A DNA stretch of 47,494 bases from a virus: the IMG/VR virus record IMGVR_UViG_3300029868_000036, positions 1 to 47,494 of that record; one strand, 5' to 3'. Numbering within the stretch: position 1 is the first letter of the stretch; each line of letters starts with the position of its first letter. Shown here one piece after another: positions 7,888 through 17,700 of this stretch. Below the pieces are notes generated by a model, which saw only the letters and a list, made by a program, of their open reading frames with translations, made no database searches and was not told the origin of the DNA. The position numbers and the translations under genes are program-made.

Positions 7888-8640
7888 ATGGGTAATGCAG
7901 AAAAAGGATTAGAGGCAGTGGATATTGATGCTCTTGAGAGTACTGTTTTTGGTGGTGAAAAAAAAGAAGAGACTCCAAAAGAAGAAGAAGTTAAAGAATC
8001 TAGTGAAAAAAAGATAGAAGAGACACCAAAAGAACCTCTTACTAAAACAACTCTTGTTACAGATGAGCAGTTAAGTATCAACGAAGAGATAGTAAAGATA
8101 GATGTGCAGATACAACAGCTTGAAGCTGAGAGTGTTGATGTTTCTACATTTTATGATAACCTCGATACACACCTTAGTGATGCAGAGCAGGCTTTGGAGT
8201 TTGAGGACAAGCCTAAGTACATGAAGCTTGTAAATGATAAACTCAAAGAGTTTGAGAAGTCAGGTTCTAAAGTTGATGAGATACAGGCTCTAAAAGATGA
8301 AAAAGAGAACAAACAACTCATCTATGAAAGACAGAGTGCTATAGTAGAAGTCAGTGCAAAATATCCTGAGTATGACCATGAAAAAGTGACTGCATACTTT
8401 ACAAACGACCTCTCTAAAGCACAACAAGACAAAATCCTAAATGATTCAGAATCTTATGCAGATGTTTTTCTTAAGACTTATGAGAAGTATGTAAACATTA
8501 ACCCAAAAAACATTAAAAAATCTACAACACCAAACATCCCAAATGTAAATGACTTAAGAAAAGAGACTCCAAGTAACACTGATGTCTCTACTGGAACTCT
8601 TAGTGATGATAAGTTACTGCAAGAAGCTTTAGGCTTGTAA
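7888..8640 (+). CDS. Putative scaffolding protein
   Basis: 250-aa highly acidic, K/E-rich helical protein lying upstream of the capsid gene, separated from it by one small ORF. Confidence 0.5.
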   Translation: MGNAEKGLEAVDIDALESTVFGGEKKEETPKEEEVKESSEKKIEETPKEPLTKTTLVTDEQLSINEEIVKIDVQIQQLEAESVDVSTFYDNLDTHLSDAEQALEFEDKPKYMKLVNDKLKEFEKSGSKVDEIQALKDEKENKQLIYERQSAIVEVSAKYPEYDHEKVTAYFTNDLSKAQQDKILNDSESYADVFLKTYEKYVNINPKNIKKSTTPNIPNVNDLRKETPSNTDVSTGTLSDDKLLQEALGL

Positions 8641-8657
8641 AAAAATAAAAGGAAAAC

Positions 8658-8909
8658 ATGATGATGGAAATGAAAGGAAAGATGAACGAGAAGATGGAAG
8701 AGAAGATGGAGTCTACTCCAGCTAAAAAGCGAGATGATTGGGAGATAAAAGAGGACATAAGAGCTACTGAAAAGTTCTTTGAAATCATGAAAGACCCTGC
8801 AAGACTCAAAGAGATGCAGGATATGATTAAGTCAAAAAAGAGTTCTGTAGAAGCGATGGATGCTTTAGCGGATGGGGATTTGCAAAAAGCTATAGGCTTT
8901 ATAAGCTAA
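8658..8909 (+). CDS. Hypothetical small charged protein
   Basis: 83-aa ORF with RBS aaaggaaaa upstream. It lies between the scaffold and capsid genes. Confidence 0.4.
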   Translation: MMMEMKGKMNEKMEEKMESTPAKKRDDWEIKEDIRATEKFFEIMKDPARLKEMQDMIKSKKSSVEAMDALADGDLQKAIGFIS

Positions 8910-8920
8910 ACATAATCTTA

Positions 8921-9005
8921 GCCTACCTTAATGTAGGTAGCAAGTATAGAGATGCCTAACCCTAACCGTGTCTCTCTTTACTTTGCTATCTACATTAGGG
9001 TAGGC
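8921..9005 (+). promoter_or_regulatory. Long imperfect RNA hairpin (about 30-bp stem) in the capsid-gene leader; candidate RNase III / mRNA-stabilising element
   Basis: GCCTACCTTAATGTAGGTAGCAAG pairs with the far arm (...TTGCTATCTACATTAGGGTAGGC, ending 9005). At least two mismatch positions are G:U on the + strand RNA and would be A:C on the - strand. Confidence 0.6.
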
Positions 9006-9054
9006 AAAAGATAAAAATGTCTCAAGACATTTACAAAAAAACTAAGGAAATAAC

Positions 9055-10218
9055 ATGGCAGTTTTTAGTGGATTGTCAGCAACAGATTTTTTATCTACTG
9101 CTGATGAGAGTGTAGGTTACAGTAAGTCAATAACAAAAGAGGTTATTGCAAAGTCGAAGGTTTTACCTTTTATAGCAAAGACTGAAGATGATACGACTAG
9201 TATCATTAAAACAGTTTTAAAAAGTATTGATGATGTTGGTTCTGTTATCGGTGTGAAGATGGAAGATGCTCTTATAGAGAGTGGGACTATCGGTAATGTT
9301 GATTTTTCAGGAAGTTCTGAAGAGCTTAAAGACATTAACATGTTTATCAAAGTTGATAGATTTCAGCACTCAGTACCATCAACTCAAGGTATCATTAACC
9401 AGAGAAACTCAAGTAAGTTTAAGTCAAGAGCAAAAACTTCACTGACAAACTGGGGTACTCGTAAGTTTGATAAGATTTTCTTTTCTGCTATGAGTGCAAA
9501 CTGTACGAACATCGTTGTATGTGGACATCCAGTTGATGCTACAACTGCAAACCTTGTAACAGCAGATGTTATCACTACTACAGATGTAGAAGAGGCAAAA
9601 AACAGAGCAGTGCTAGGGCTAGACTATGCAGGTAAAGCAACAGTTCCACCACTTCTTCCAGTGAGCACTACTCAAAATGAGAACATGGGCTTTTATGATG
9701 AAGTAGAGTTCTATGTTATGTTCGTTGGAACAAACTCGGCTAGACATATCAAAAATGATGCAAACTGGGAAGCGGCAAGAAGAGATGCTCTTGAGAGAGG
9801 AAAAACAAATCCTATCTTTACAGGTGCTTTAGGTTTTTGGGATGGTGTTCTTTTACTTGATGTAAAAACAGACACTCCAAGACAATCAGGTGTGCTTACT
9901 TCTGGTGGAAAGTTTAACGGCTTTGGTAATACTAAAAGTTTTGATTTAAAAACTTATGCAGGTGGTGCTGGGCAAGAGACAGAGATCAACTTACTTGTTG
10001 GTGCTGGTTCATGTTACATGGTTGTAGACCAAGGTATCGCTTACTATGACTGGGCTGACAAAAGTGACCCTCGTAGAATGCATGCAGGTATAGACAGAGT
10101 CTATGGTATGGCAAAAACGAAGTATGAAGCAAGTGCAAACGATGGCATCTTAGCTGATAGTATCTTTGATAACAAAGATTATGGTGTTGTAGCAGTTATC
10201 GCTTCAACTGGAAAGTAG
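9055..10218 (+). CDS. Putative major capsid protein
   Basis: 387 aa with a strong RBS (aaggaaataacATG). The call rests on position after the scaffold-like gene, size, and the long structured leader typical of a highly expressed gene. Confidence 0.65.
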   Translation: MAVFSGLSATDFLSTADESVGYSKSITKEVIAKSKVLPFIAKTEDDTTSIIKTVLKSIDDVGSVIGVKMEDALIESGTIGNVDFSGSSEELKDINMFIKVDRFQHSVPSTQGIINQRNSSKFKSRAKTSLTNWGTRKFDKIFFSAMSANCTNIVVCGHPVDATTANLVTADVITTTDVEEAKNRAVLGLDYAGKATVPPLLPVSTTQNENMGFYDEVEFYVMFVGTNSARHIKNDANWEAARRDALERGKTNPIFTGALGFWDGVLLLDVKTDTPRQSGVLTSGGKFNGFGNTKSFDLKTYAGGAGQETEINLLVGAGSCYMVVDQGIAYYDWADKSDPRRMHAGIDRVYGMAKTKYEASANDGILADSIFDNKDYGVVAVIASTGK

Positions 10219-10227
10219 GAGTAGAGT

Positions 10228-10632
10228 ATGGCAATTATAGTTAAAAGAAAAAACCGTGAGATTAGAGATAGTGGTACTATCACTTTTGATGTAGGTTTTG
10301 GTGATGTTGGTAAGACACTAGACTTCATGGGTATCGCAGAGGGTTTTAGAATCGTTGCGGTAAATGTAAGCATTGATGAAAAGTTTAATGGACAAAACGC
10401 AACACCTGCGGATGACAATACTATTAGTGTTGGAATTGAGGGTGATTATGCAAGATTTATCCCTGCGACTATTGCAAATACAGTAAAGGGAATTGACTTT
10501 AACAAAAGACAGTTCACTGCTACTCAGTCTACTGCTATTGTTGTTGATTTAGTTGGTGGCGTTGCTACTACTGGTAAGGCTACTATCACAGTTACTTATG
10601 CAAAACTTGCAACATCAAAGCAAGAGTACTAG
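10228..10632 (+). CDS. Hypothetical beta-rich head-associated protein (decoration candidate)
   Basis: 134-aa ORF 9 nt after the capsid gene, with RBS ggagtagag. Confidence 0.4.
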   Translation: MAIIVKRKNREIRDSGTITFDVGFGDVGKTLDFMGIAEGFRIVAVNVSIDEKFNGQNATPADDNTISVGIEGDYARFIPATIANTVKGIDFNKRQFTATQSTAIVVDLVGGVATTGKATITVTYAKLATSKQEY

Positions 10633-10641
10633 GAGTACTAT

Positions 10642-10974
10642 ATGGCTAAAGTATACTTCGCACCTTATAGTGCTATCAAGTATGTCGGGACTAAGGCTAA
10701 GGTACTCAATACCTCCTTAGCTCGACCAAAGCCGAAGCTTGTAAAAGGCGATATTGTCATAGTAGATAAAAAAGTCGCTTTTAACTTAGTACATAAAGGT
10801 TTTGATGAGTTTGTCAGTGTTGATGAGATTTCATTTGTAAAAGCAGATGTTTCCTCTGAGCAAAAAATAAAGGCTCTTGTGGAGAAAACACAAGCACTAG
10901 AAAATGAGATACACTCACTTTTTAGTAAAAATGTAGAACTCACAAGAGTTCTAAATGACTTAGAGGCAAAATAG
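10642..10974 (+). CDS. Hypothetical structural-module protein
   Basis: 110-aa ORF with RBS aggag at 10631-10635 and a C-terminal coiled coil. Confidence 0.45.
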   Translation: MAKVYFAPYSAIKYVGTKAKVLNTSLARPKPKLVKGDIVIVDKKVAFNLVHKGFDEFVSVDEISFVKADVSSEQKIKALVEKTQALENEIHSLFSKNVELTRVLNDLEAK

Positions 10975-11561
10975 TGAAAGCAAAAGACTTAATCATTCAG
11001 ATACGAAGTGACTTACAAGAGAAGTCACAACAGTGGAAGGATGAGGAGTTGTTTGTCAAACTACAAAGTAGCTATGCTACTTTGCAGACTGATTTTCCTT
11101 TTTTTATAGCTAAAGAGACTATAGCTATAAGAAAAGATAAAACAGAGTACTACTTACTCTATGAAGCGCTGAGAAACATAACACTTACAATAGATGCGAT
11201 TACCTTTAAGTATACTCCCATAGAGAACTTTCACATCACGAAGGAAAGAGCAAGGTACTCTTTTTATCAAAACACATTTGTGATAAACGAGATACCTACT
11301 GCTGATACTACTGGAGTTATAGTCTACAGACATGCAAAAGTACTAGAAAATATAAACTGTGAGATAGAACTCCCTGTTAGTTATATAAAAGCACTCAAGC
11401 TTCTGTTTAAGTCTGACATATATGAAAAGCCAACGAGAAACACAAAAGAGAGAAACTTAAACCTACACTATCTAAAGCTTTACAACATAGCACTATCTGA
11501 GCTAAAAGCAGACATAAACACTAGAGCAAGTGGTGTTACTTCAAAATATCAAAAAATATAA
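10974..11561 (+). CDS. Hypothetical structural-module protein (GTG start)
   Basis: 195-aa ORF. Its start overlaps the upstream stop (TAGTG). Confidence 0.45.
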   Translation: MKAKDLIIQIRSDLQEKSQQWKDEELFVKLQSSYATLQTDFPFFIAKETIAIRKDKTEYYLLYEALRNITLTIDAITFKYTPIENFHITKERARYSFYQNTFVINEIPTADTTGVIVYRHAKVLENINCEIELPVSYIKALKLLFKSDIYEKPTRNTKERNLNLHYLKLYNIALSELKADINTRASGVTSKYQKI

Positions 11562-11572
11562 AGGATTTTATA

Positions 11573-11860
11573 ATGGCAAAAGATAAATGGTATGAAAGAA
11601 ATGCAGGAGCAATAGTTCAAGGTGTCGGTGCTTTGGCTGGAGCATACGGACAGTACCAAACAGATACAGCAAGAAACAAGATGATAGATAAGCAGTTTAA
11701 CTATCAAGTAGCACAAGATAAACTTGCCCTCTCAAGATACAACAAAGCACAAACGAACTTAGATGATGCGTTTGCGGACTCTTCTTTGAACCCAAAGAAA
11801 AAGAAAAAGAAAAAAGATACACTTGGAAATGAGATAGAAGACACTACTCAAATGGCTTAG
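11573..11860 (+). CDS. Hypothetical small protein with lysine run
   Basis: 95-aa ORF with a PKKKKKKKD stretch encoded by an A-rich run at 11793-11816. Confidence 0.4.
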   Translation: MAKDKWYERNAGAIVQGVGALAGAYGQYQTDTARNKMIDKQFNYQVAQDKLALSRYNKAQTNLDDAFADSSLNPKKKKKKKDTLGNEIEDTTQMA

Positions 11861-11870
11861 GGGTTAAAAG

Positions 11871-13742
11871 ATGTTTGAAGATACAGTACTTTTAGTAGAG
11901 TGGCTCAGAGAGTCAGCTCGCCACTTTAAAGATACAAAAGCTTTTAGTAGAAAAGTAAGAGAGTACTATAATGGTGACCAACTCGATGACTTCATAAAAG
12001 GCATACTAGCCAACCGTGAGCAACCAGAGCAGTATGAAAACCAGATAGCAAAACATAACAATGCCATACTCGGGTTTAAAAAAGAGAGACGCATAGATAT
12101 AAAGCTCTTTGGAAGACAGCAAAAAGATAAAGCAGGGGCAAATATGCTCAATGCTCTCATGAAAGCCATAACTCAAGTAAGTGAGTATGAAGAGCAGATA
12201 GACGCACTTGATGATGAGCTTAGCATAGAAGGACTAGCAGTTGCAGAACTCAGTATAAGTGCTAGTGGTGAGTATGATGAATTTGGACGAGAACACAAAG
12301 ACCTTGACATCAACCATGTTCCTGCGGATGAGATATACCTTGACCCATTTTCCCGCGGGAAAAACTACAACAAAGATGCAAGGTATATCACTCGTTGTTT
12401 TTGGATAGACAAAGAAGACCTTTACGGGCTTGGATTTGATGCAAAAGATATAGAGTCTTTAAACTCAAGCAACCATCTCTCAGACATAGTAGATGATGAC
12501 CTTTATGCTGATGCACACATAAGAGATAGAGTGCTTCTCTCTTACACTTGGTACAGAAAGTGGGATAAGCAAGCCAAAAAAGATAAGTTTTACTACTGCT
12601 TCTGGAGTGATAGAACTATACTACTTCAAAATGAAACACCATACGACTTTGATGGCTTCCCTTATGAAGTAGAGTTTTTAGGAAGAGATACTAAGGGAAA
12701 GATAAAGTACTGGGGGCTATACCGTGACATCATGCCTCTACAAGATAACATAAACTACTCAAAACTAAGACTACAAAATATGCTTGCAAACCAAAAAGTA
12801 TATGTAGAAAAAGGTGCTCTCATAGATGAGGACATAGAAAAGTTTGCAGATGAGAACAGCAGAGATGATGCCACTGTTATGGTGGAAAGTGTAAACGGCA
12901 TAAAAGATGTCAAGCAAAATGTTCAGATACAGCAGATACTCAACATCATCATAGATGCACGACAGCAGATAAGTGAGCTGCTTAACTCGAACAAAGAGAT
13001 GCTAGGAACTGCCAACAACCGCATGAGTGGAGTAGGACAAGAGCAGAGAATACAGACAGGACTTGTAGGGCTGAGTCGTTTTATGAACAAGGGCGATAAT
13101 CTTCAAAAGAAGATAATAAAAAAAGCCGTAAAGTTTGTAGAGCAGTACTATGACTCGGCTAGAGTTGTGAGCATAATAGATGAAGACTATATGCAAGACT
13201 TTATGATGATGAATGAACCTGTAAAGAATGAGTTTGGTGGTGTAGAGTTTGAGAATGTGAGTGGTGGGGAGGTAAGACCAGTAGCTAAAAATGCTATATC
13301 TGTAGGTAAATATGACCTTGTCTTTACTGCTAAACCGAAGTCTAACTCTATGAGTGCAGAGAGACTACGACAAAATGTAGAGCTACTCAAAGTACTTCAA
13401 AGCACAGACCCAGCACTTGTCAAGTACCTAATCCCTGACATACTCAGAGATAGTGACTCTCCAAGTGCAAATAAGATACGAGAGATCATAGAGCAAAGAG
13501 ATAAAGATGCACAAGACTCTCCACAAGCACAACAAAATGCACAGCTCGAGCAAGAGAACATAAGACTAGAGATGTTACTCAAACAGTCTCAGGCTACTCT
13601 AAACAACTCAAGAGCAAAGGCTTTGACAGACAAGAATAAGATAGACCTGCAAAAAGCTTTTAGTAACTCGCTTGTCTCAAAGCAAAATGTAAGAGCAAAG
13701 ATGGATAAAAATATGTTAGATGCTAACAGGAGGGCAAGTTAA
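11871..13742 (+). CDS. Putative portal protein
   Basis: The call rests on the 623-aa size, position in the head module immediately before internal-protein-like genes, and an acidic helical C-terminus. No diagnostic motif can be verified without a search. Confidence 0.5.
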   Translation: MFEDTVLLVEWLRESARHFKDTKAFSRKVREYYNGDQLDDFIKGILANREQPEQYENQIAKHNNAILGFKKERRIDIKLFGRQQKDKAGANMLNALMKAITQVSEYEEQIDALDDELSIEGLAVAELSISASGEYDEFGREHKDLDINHVPADEIYLDPFSRGKNYNKDARYITRCFWIDKEDLYGLGFDAKDIESLNSSNHLSDIVDDDLYADAHIRDRVLLSYTWYRKWDKQAKKDKFYYCFWSDRTILLQNETPYDFDGFPYEVEFLGRDTKGKIKYWGLYRDIMPLQDNINYSKLRLQNMLANQKVYVEKGALIDEDIEKFADENSRDDATVMVESVNGIKDVKQNVQIQQILNIIIDARQQISELLNSNKEMLGTANNRMSGVGQEQRIQTGLVGLSRFMNKGDNLQKKIIKKAVKFVEQYYDSARVVSIIDEDYMQDFMMMNEPVKNEFGGVEFENVSGGEVRPVAKNAISVGKYDLVFTAKPKSNSMSAERLRQNVELLKVLQSTDPALVKYLIPDILRDSDSPSANKIREIIEQRDKDAQDSPQAQQNAQLEQENIRLEMLLKQSQATLNNSRAKALTDKNKIDLQKAFSNSLVSKQNVRAKMDKNMLDANRRAS

Positions 13743-14686
13743 TGGGATGGTATGATTCTTTTAAAGGGGATATTTCACGAGTAGATACTAGAGGACTTAC
13801 GAGTAGTAGAGGGAGTGCTTTTAAGAACTTAGGGGATGCTTTTGCAAGCATAGGAAAAAATATGGTAGATGCAAAGGCACAGAAGTCTCGTTCTGATTTA
13901 GTAGATGCTGAGACTAAACAAAGAAATGCTACAGTAGTAAAACAAGAAGCAGAGCAAGCACAAAAAGATGTGAGTGATGCTTTTGGGAAAAGCTACTTAG
14001 GGCAGACAGATAGAAATGCTTATGAGTCTAGTCCATTGTATAGTGCTTTTGCAAGTGAAGACGCGAATGTTAAGCCAAGTGCTACTGACCTACAAGCAGA
14101 AGATGCTTACTTCAAAAAGATAGCAGATGAGAGTGCATATAAAAATGCAAGTCTCTACAATGTAGGTGCAAAAGATGGACTCTCTCTTGATGTATGGATG
14201 CAAAACAACCCTAATGTAAGTGCAACAACTGTAGCAAAAGTAAAAGCAGAGATACTTGCAAAGAATGCAGAACTATCTAAATTAACAACAAAAGAGAAAG
14301 ATATTAAAAATGCTACAAAATTATCTAAGATGCAGGAGAAGTTAAATAAGGCTGCACTTAAAAACTCTAAAGATGATAGTTTTAAATATACTGAGATAAC
14401 CGATGCAAAAATAGCAGCACAAGTAAAAACAGCTATGGGGATGGATGCCCCTAACTTTAATTTTGATGATGCAACTAAAGTTCAGTACCAAAACACTGTA
14501 TCTGGGGCTGCTAAAATATCTAAAAAGTACAAGCTTGAGCCTAGTTTAGCAATACATGTATACCAAAACCCAGACCTTTATGAGTTTACTGCTGATGGTA
14601 ATGTTTTGTTAAAAAAAGCTTCAAATGAAAGTCCTAAGAAAACTACTCAAAAGCAAAGCGGTTCATGGAAAGATTATCAAAATTAA
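13742..14686 (+). CDS. Hypothetical virion-associated protein
   Basis: 314-aa ORF. Its ATG overlaps the portal stop (TAATG). The protein is K/A/D-rich. Confidence 0.45.
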   Translation: MGWYDSFKGDISRVDTRGLTSSRGSAFKNLGDAFASIGKNMVDAKAQKSRSDLVDAETKQRNATVVKQEAEQAQKDVSDAFGKSYLGQTDRNAYESSPLYSAFASEDANVKPSATDLQAEDAYFKKIADESAYKNASLYNVGAKDGLSLDVWMQNNPNVSATTVAKVKAEILAKNAELSKLTTKEKDIKNATKLSKMQEKLNKAALKNSKDDSFKYTEITDAKIAAQVKTAMGMDAPNFNFDDATKVQYQNTVSGAAKISKKYKLEPSLAIHVYQNPDLYEFTADGNVLLKKASNESPKKTTQKQSGSWKDYQN

Positions 14687-14701
14687 CTGGTGCTTTTAAA
14701 G

Positions 14702-14712
14702 ACCCCACTTAA
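14702..14712 (+). promoter_or_regulatory. Conserved motif copy 2 (ACCCCACTTAA core)
   Basis: Same core followed by TCTTTTTTT as in copy 1. TATAAT is at 14743-14748 and the TTG start of the giant ORF lies 51 nt downstream. Confidence 0.45.
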
Positions 14713-14762
14713 TCTTTTTTTATTCGTTAGTATAAGCCTTTATATAATAATAAAGGCATATT

Positions 14763-17700
14763 TTGAAAAAGCTAGATACATTTAACGACAATGAATTTCA
14801 ATCCCTCGACTTAAAAGAAAAACAGACTATAGCTACTAACTATTTTGATACTGAGATAGCTGATAATGAGTTCACTGCCCTTGATACATCTACACAAACA
14901 AGCATCAGAGATAATTTTATAAATGCACAAATTGATTTTGATGTGAGTGATACTGTTGATAAAGTAGTCGACTTTGTAAACCCTCCAAAAAACTACATAC
15001 AAGATGATACTGTAAGTGATCCGTCAATTCACAATCCAACTGCCCCAAATATTGATGGGAGTATACCTACTATAAAGCAAAAACCATTATCAATAGAGAC
15101 TCCAGATACTTCTTTTAATCAAGACAGCACTAGTACTATGGATATAGCTACATTTGAAGACAACATCAAACCACAAGAAGATTATATTAACCCTGAGTCT
15201 GGAGATTTTGAACTAGCTAAGAGAGTTGTAAATAGAACTAATGAGCTAACTGCAAATGCAATACAAGGTACTTACAATATCTTAGGAAACATTAAAAGCC
15301 CTATAGAGTATCTTGGAATATCTACTGATGCTATGGATGCTCAGAGCAAAAAAAGGAAAGAGTGGTTCAAAGATGCTAGTGATAAACTAAATGACTTTGT
15401 TTATGAGCAAAACAAGTTTAAACTCAACAAAAAAGATAAACCAACTCACTCGTGGGAAGAGGTAAAAAAAGGTTTTAATACAGGTGGAGTGTTTGATATT
15501 GATGCTTGGCAAGAGCTTGGAAACTATGTGGGAAGTGAGGGAGTTGCTAGTAGTGTTGATATGGCAGAGATGGTAGCTACCCTACCACTGTACTATGCTT
15601 CAAGACTTCAAGAGAGTGCTGAGAAGAGAGCAAAAAATCAAAATAGAAAAGAGCCTAATGCTACTGACTACCTTATATCTGCACCAACTACAATAGGAAG
15701 TATTTTGTTGGATAGGTTCGGTCTTAAAGCTATGACTAGTGATGTTGTCCAGAGTGTTGGTAAAAAAGCACTTGATGGTAAACTTACAGAAGTTGCCAAA
15801 GAGATAGGCTCAAAGATGAAAGATGGTTTTATTAAAGAGGGTGTTACTGAGGGGGTACAAAATCCTTTAGAGATGTTTGGAGAAGAAGTAAGTACGAAGA
15901 AAGGTCTTAGCAGTGTTGAGCAGTATGTAGATAATTCTTTAGCTGGTGTGGTTGCTGGTGCTGGTATGGGAGGTACTCTTAGTGGTGCTACTGCAACTGG
16001 TAGTATGGCACTCAATGAGTACTCTGCAAAAAAACGAGAGACTCAAAGAGAAGAGTATATTTTAGATACTTACAAGAGAGATGTTCTTGGTAATGGTCTT
16101 GTTGCTACTGTGGATGATAATGGATATATAGAGTTTAAACAAAGCCTTGAGGTAAAAGTAAAAACTATTCAAGATGAGTTTACTAACTTTGTTATAAACA
16201 ATCCTGAAGTAGAAGTACCTGTAGAAGCAGTAGAGAATATAAATATGCAAGAAGTCATAGTCGAAGATGCTAAAAAGCAAGGACTCAATGTTTTAAACGA
16301 AGATGGACTTAATGCTATTGATATAGGTTTTAAAGAGCTTGAAGCAGAGATAGGAAGTACAGAAGAGATAGCTTTAGAACCTAAAGGTGTAGAGGCAGAA
16401 CCGACACAAGTTATTGAGCCTACTGCTACCAAAATAGAAACAGCACCAAAAAATGCTAAAAATCTTTATGAAGATGATAGTCCCGCACTTCAAGCTGATA
16501 ATATTGGCACTTATGAGAGTGGAAAACAAGTTGAGTATACCACTTCAGATGGTAAAAGCAGTATAGTGACAGTTGCACCTAGTGATAATCAATACAATTA
16601 TGATAGAAAAAAGGTAGCAGTAATAAATGCTGATGGTGTAGAGTTTGCAGTAAGTCCAAGTACTCTTAGTATAGTTTCTTCGGCACCATCAATAGAAGAG
16701 TCACAAGCTAATGCGAGAGGGAAGAAGAAACCTACTCCTAGTGCAATAGATGCAAAGCTCGCACTCAATGAAAAGCTTTATGGATATAGTGAAGATGCTT
16801 TAGCACAAGCAAATAAAAAACTTTTTGATGCAGACAAGAGCGAAGAGGCTCGACTCAAAAAACTTAGTACCAGTGACATAGCAGAAGAAGAGAGAGCTTA
16901 CTACGAAAACAAGAACACACCTGCTGAGACTCAAAGAGCTTATGACTTTTTAAGTACTAATACTAAAAAAGTTCAGAGCAAACAGGGTTCACTTACTGGA
17001 CTAGAACCAACAGGACAAAATGCTCTTTTTGATACACAAGCAAGTGAGGAGTATATTACTCCATCATGGGCAAAAGAGATAGTGAGTGATACTACAAAAT
17101 ATAGTGATATAATTACAGCACTTACAGATGCAAATAATGGTACATATACGGAGTTGTCAGATAGAGCGATGAATGCTTTACATAGTGCAGGAGACCCACA
17201 TCTTGTAAAAGAGATAATTAGGTTTGATGAACTTGATGGGAGATGGGACTTAAATGAGATAGAGATACAAGAGCAAAAAGCTCTTTATGATTTACTAGAG
17301 AATAACTTAAAAGGAGTAGAAAATGGCACAATCCCAAGAAGAACAAGCGACACTACAGAGACTCAAGGAGCGAGAAGTGAGACGGGAGTTTCAGAAAGTA
17401 AAACCAAAGATAATGGAGATGTACAAGAGACTACAAGAGGAGGGATACTCCAAGGAGGAATCCAAGAAGATGGTAGTACAGAAGTACCCTCAAGCAAGCA
17501 AGATGAAATAACTACAGATGTATCTATAAATGATACAAACTACAAGATATATGATGATGGAAGTGTTCTTGAAATAAAAAAAGATGGCAAACTGACAGAT
17601 TTTAAACTTGATAAACAAAAAGAAGATAGTATTAGACAGGGTGCATCTTGGACTGGTTCTACTCCTGAGTATGAGTATAGTAATCTTTCTAAAGTTTATC

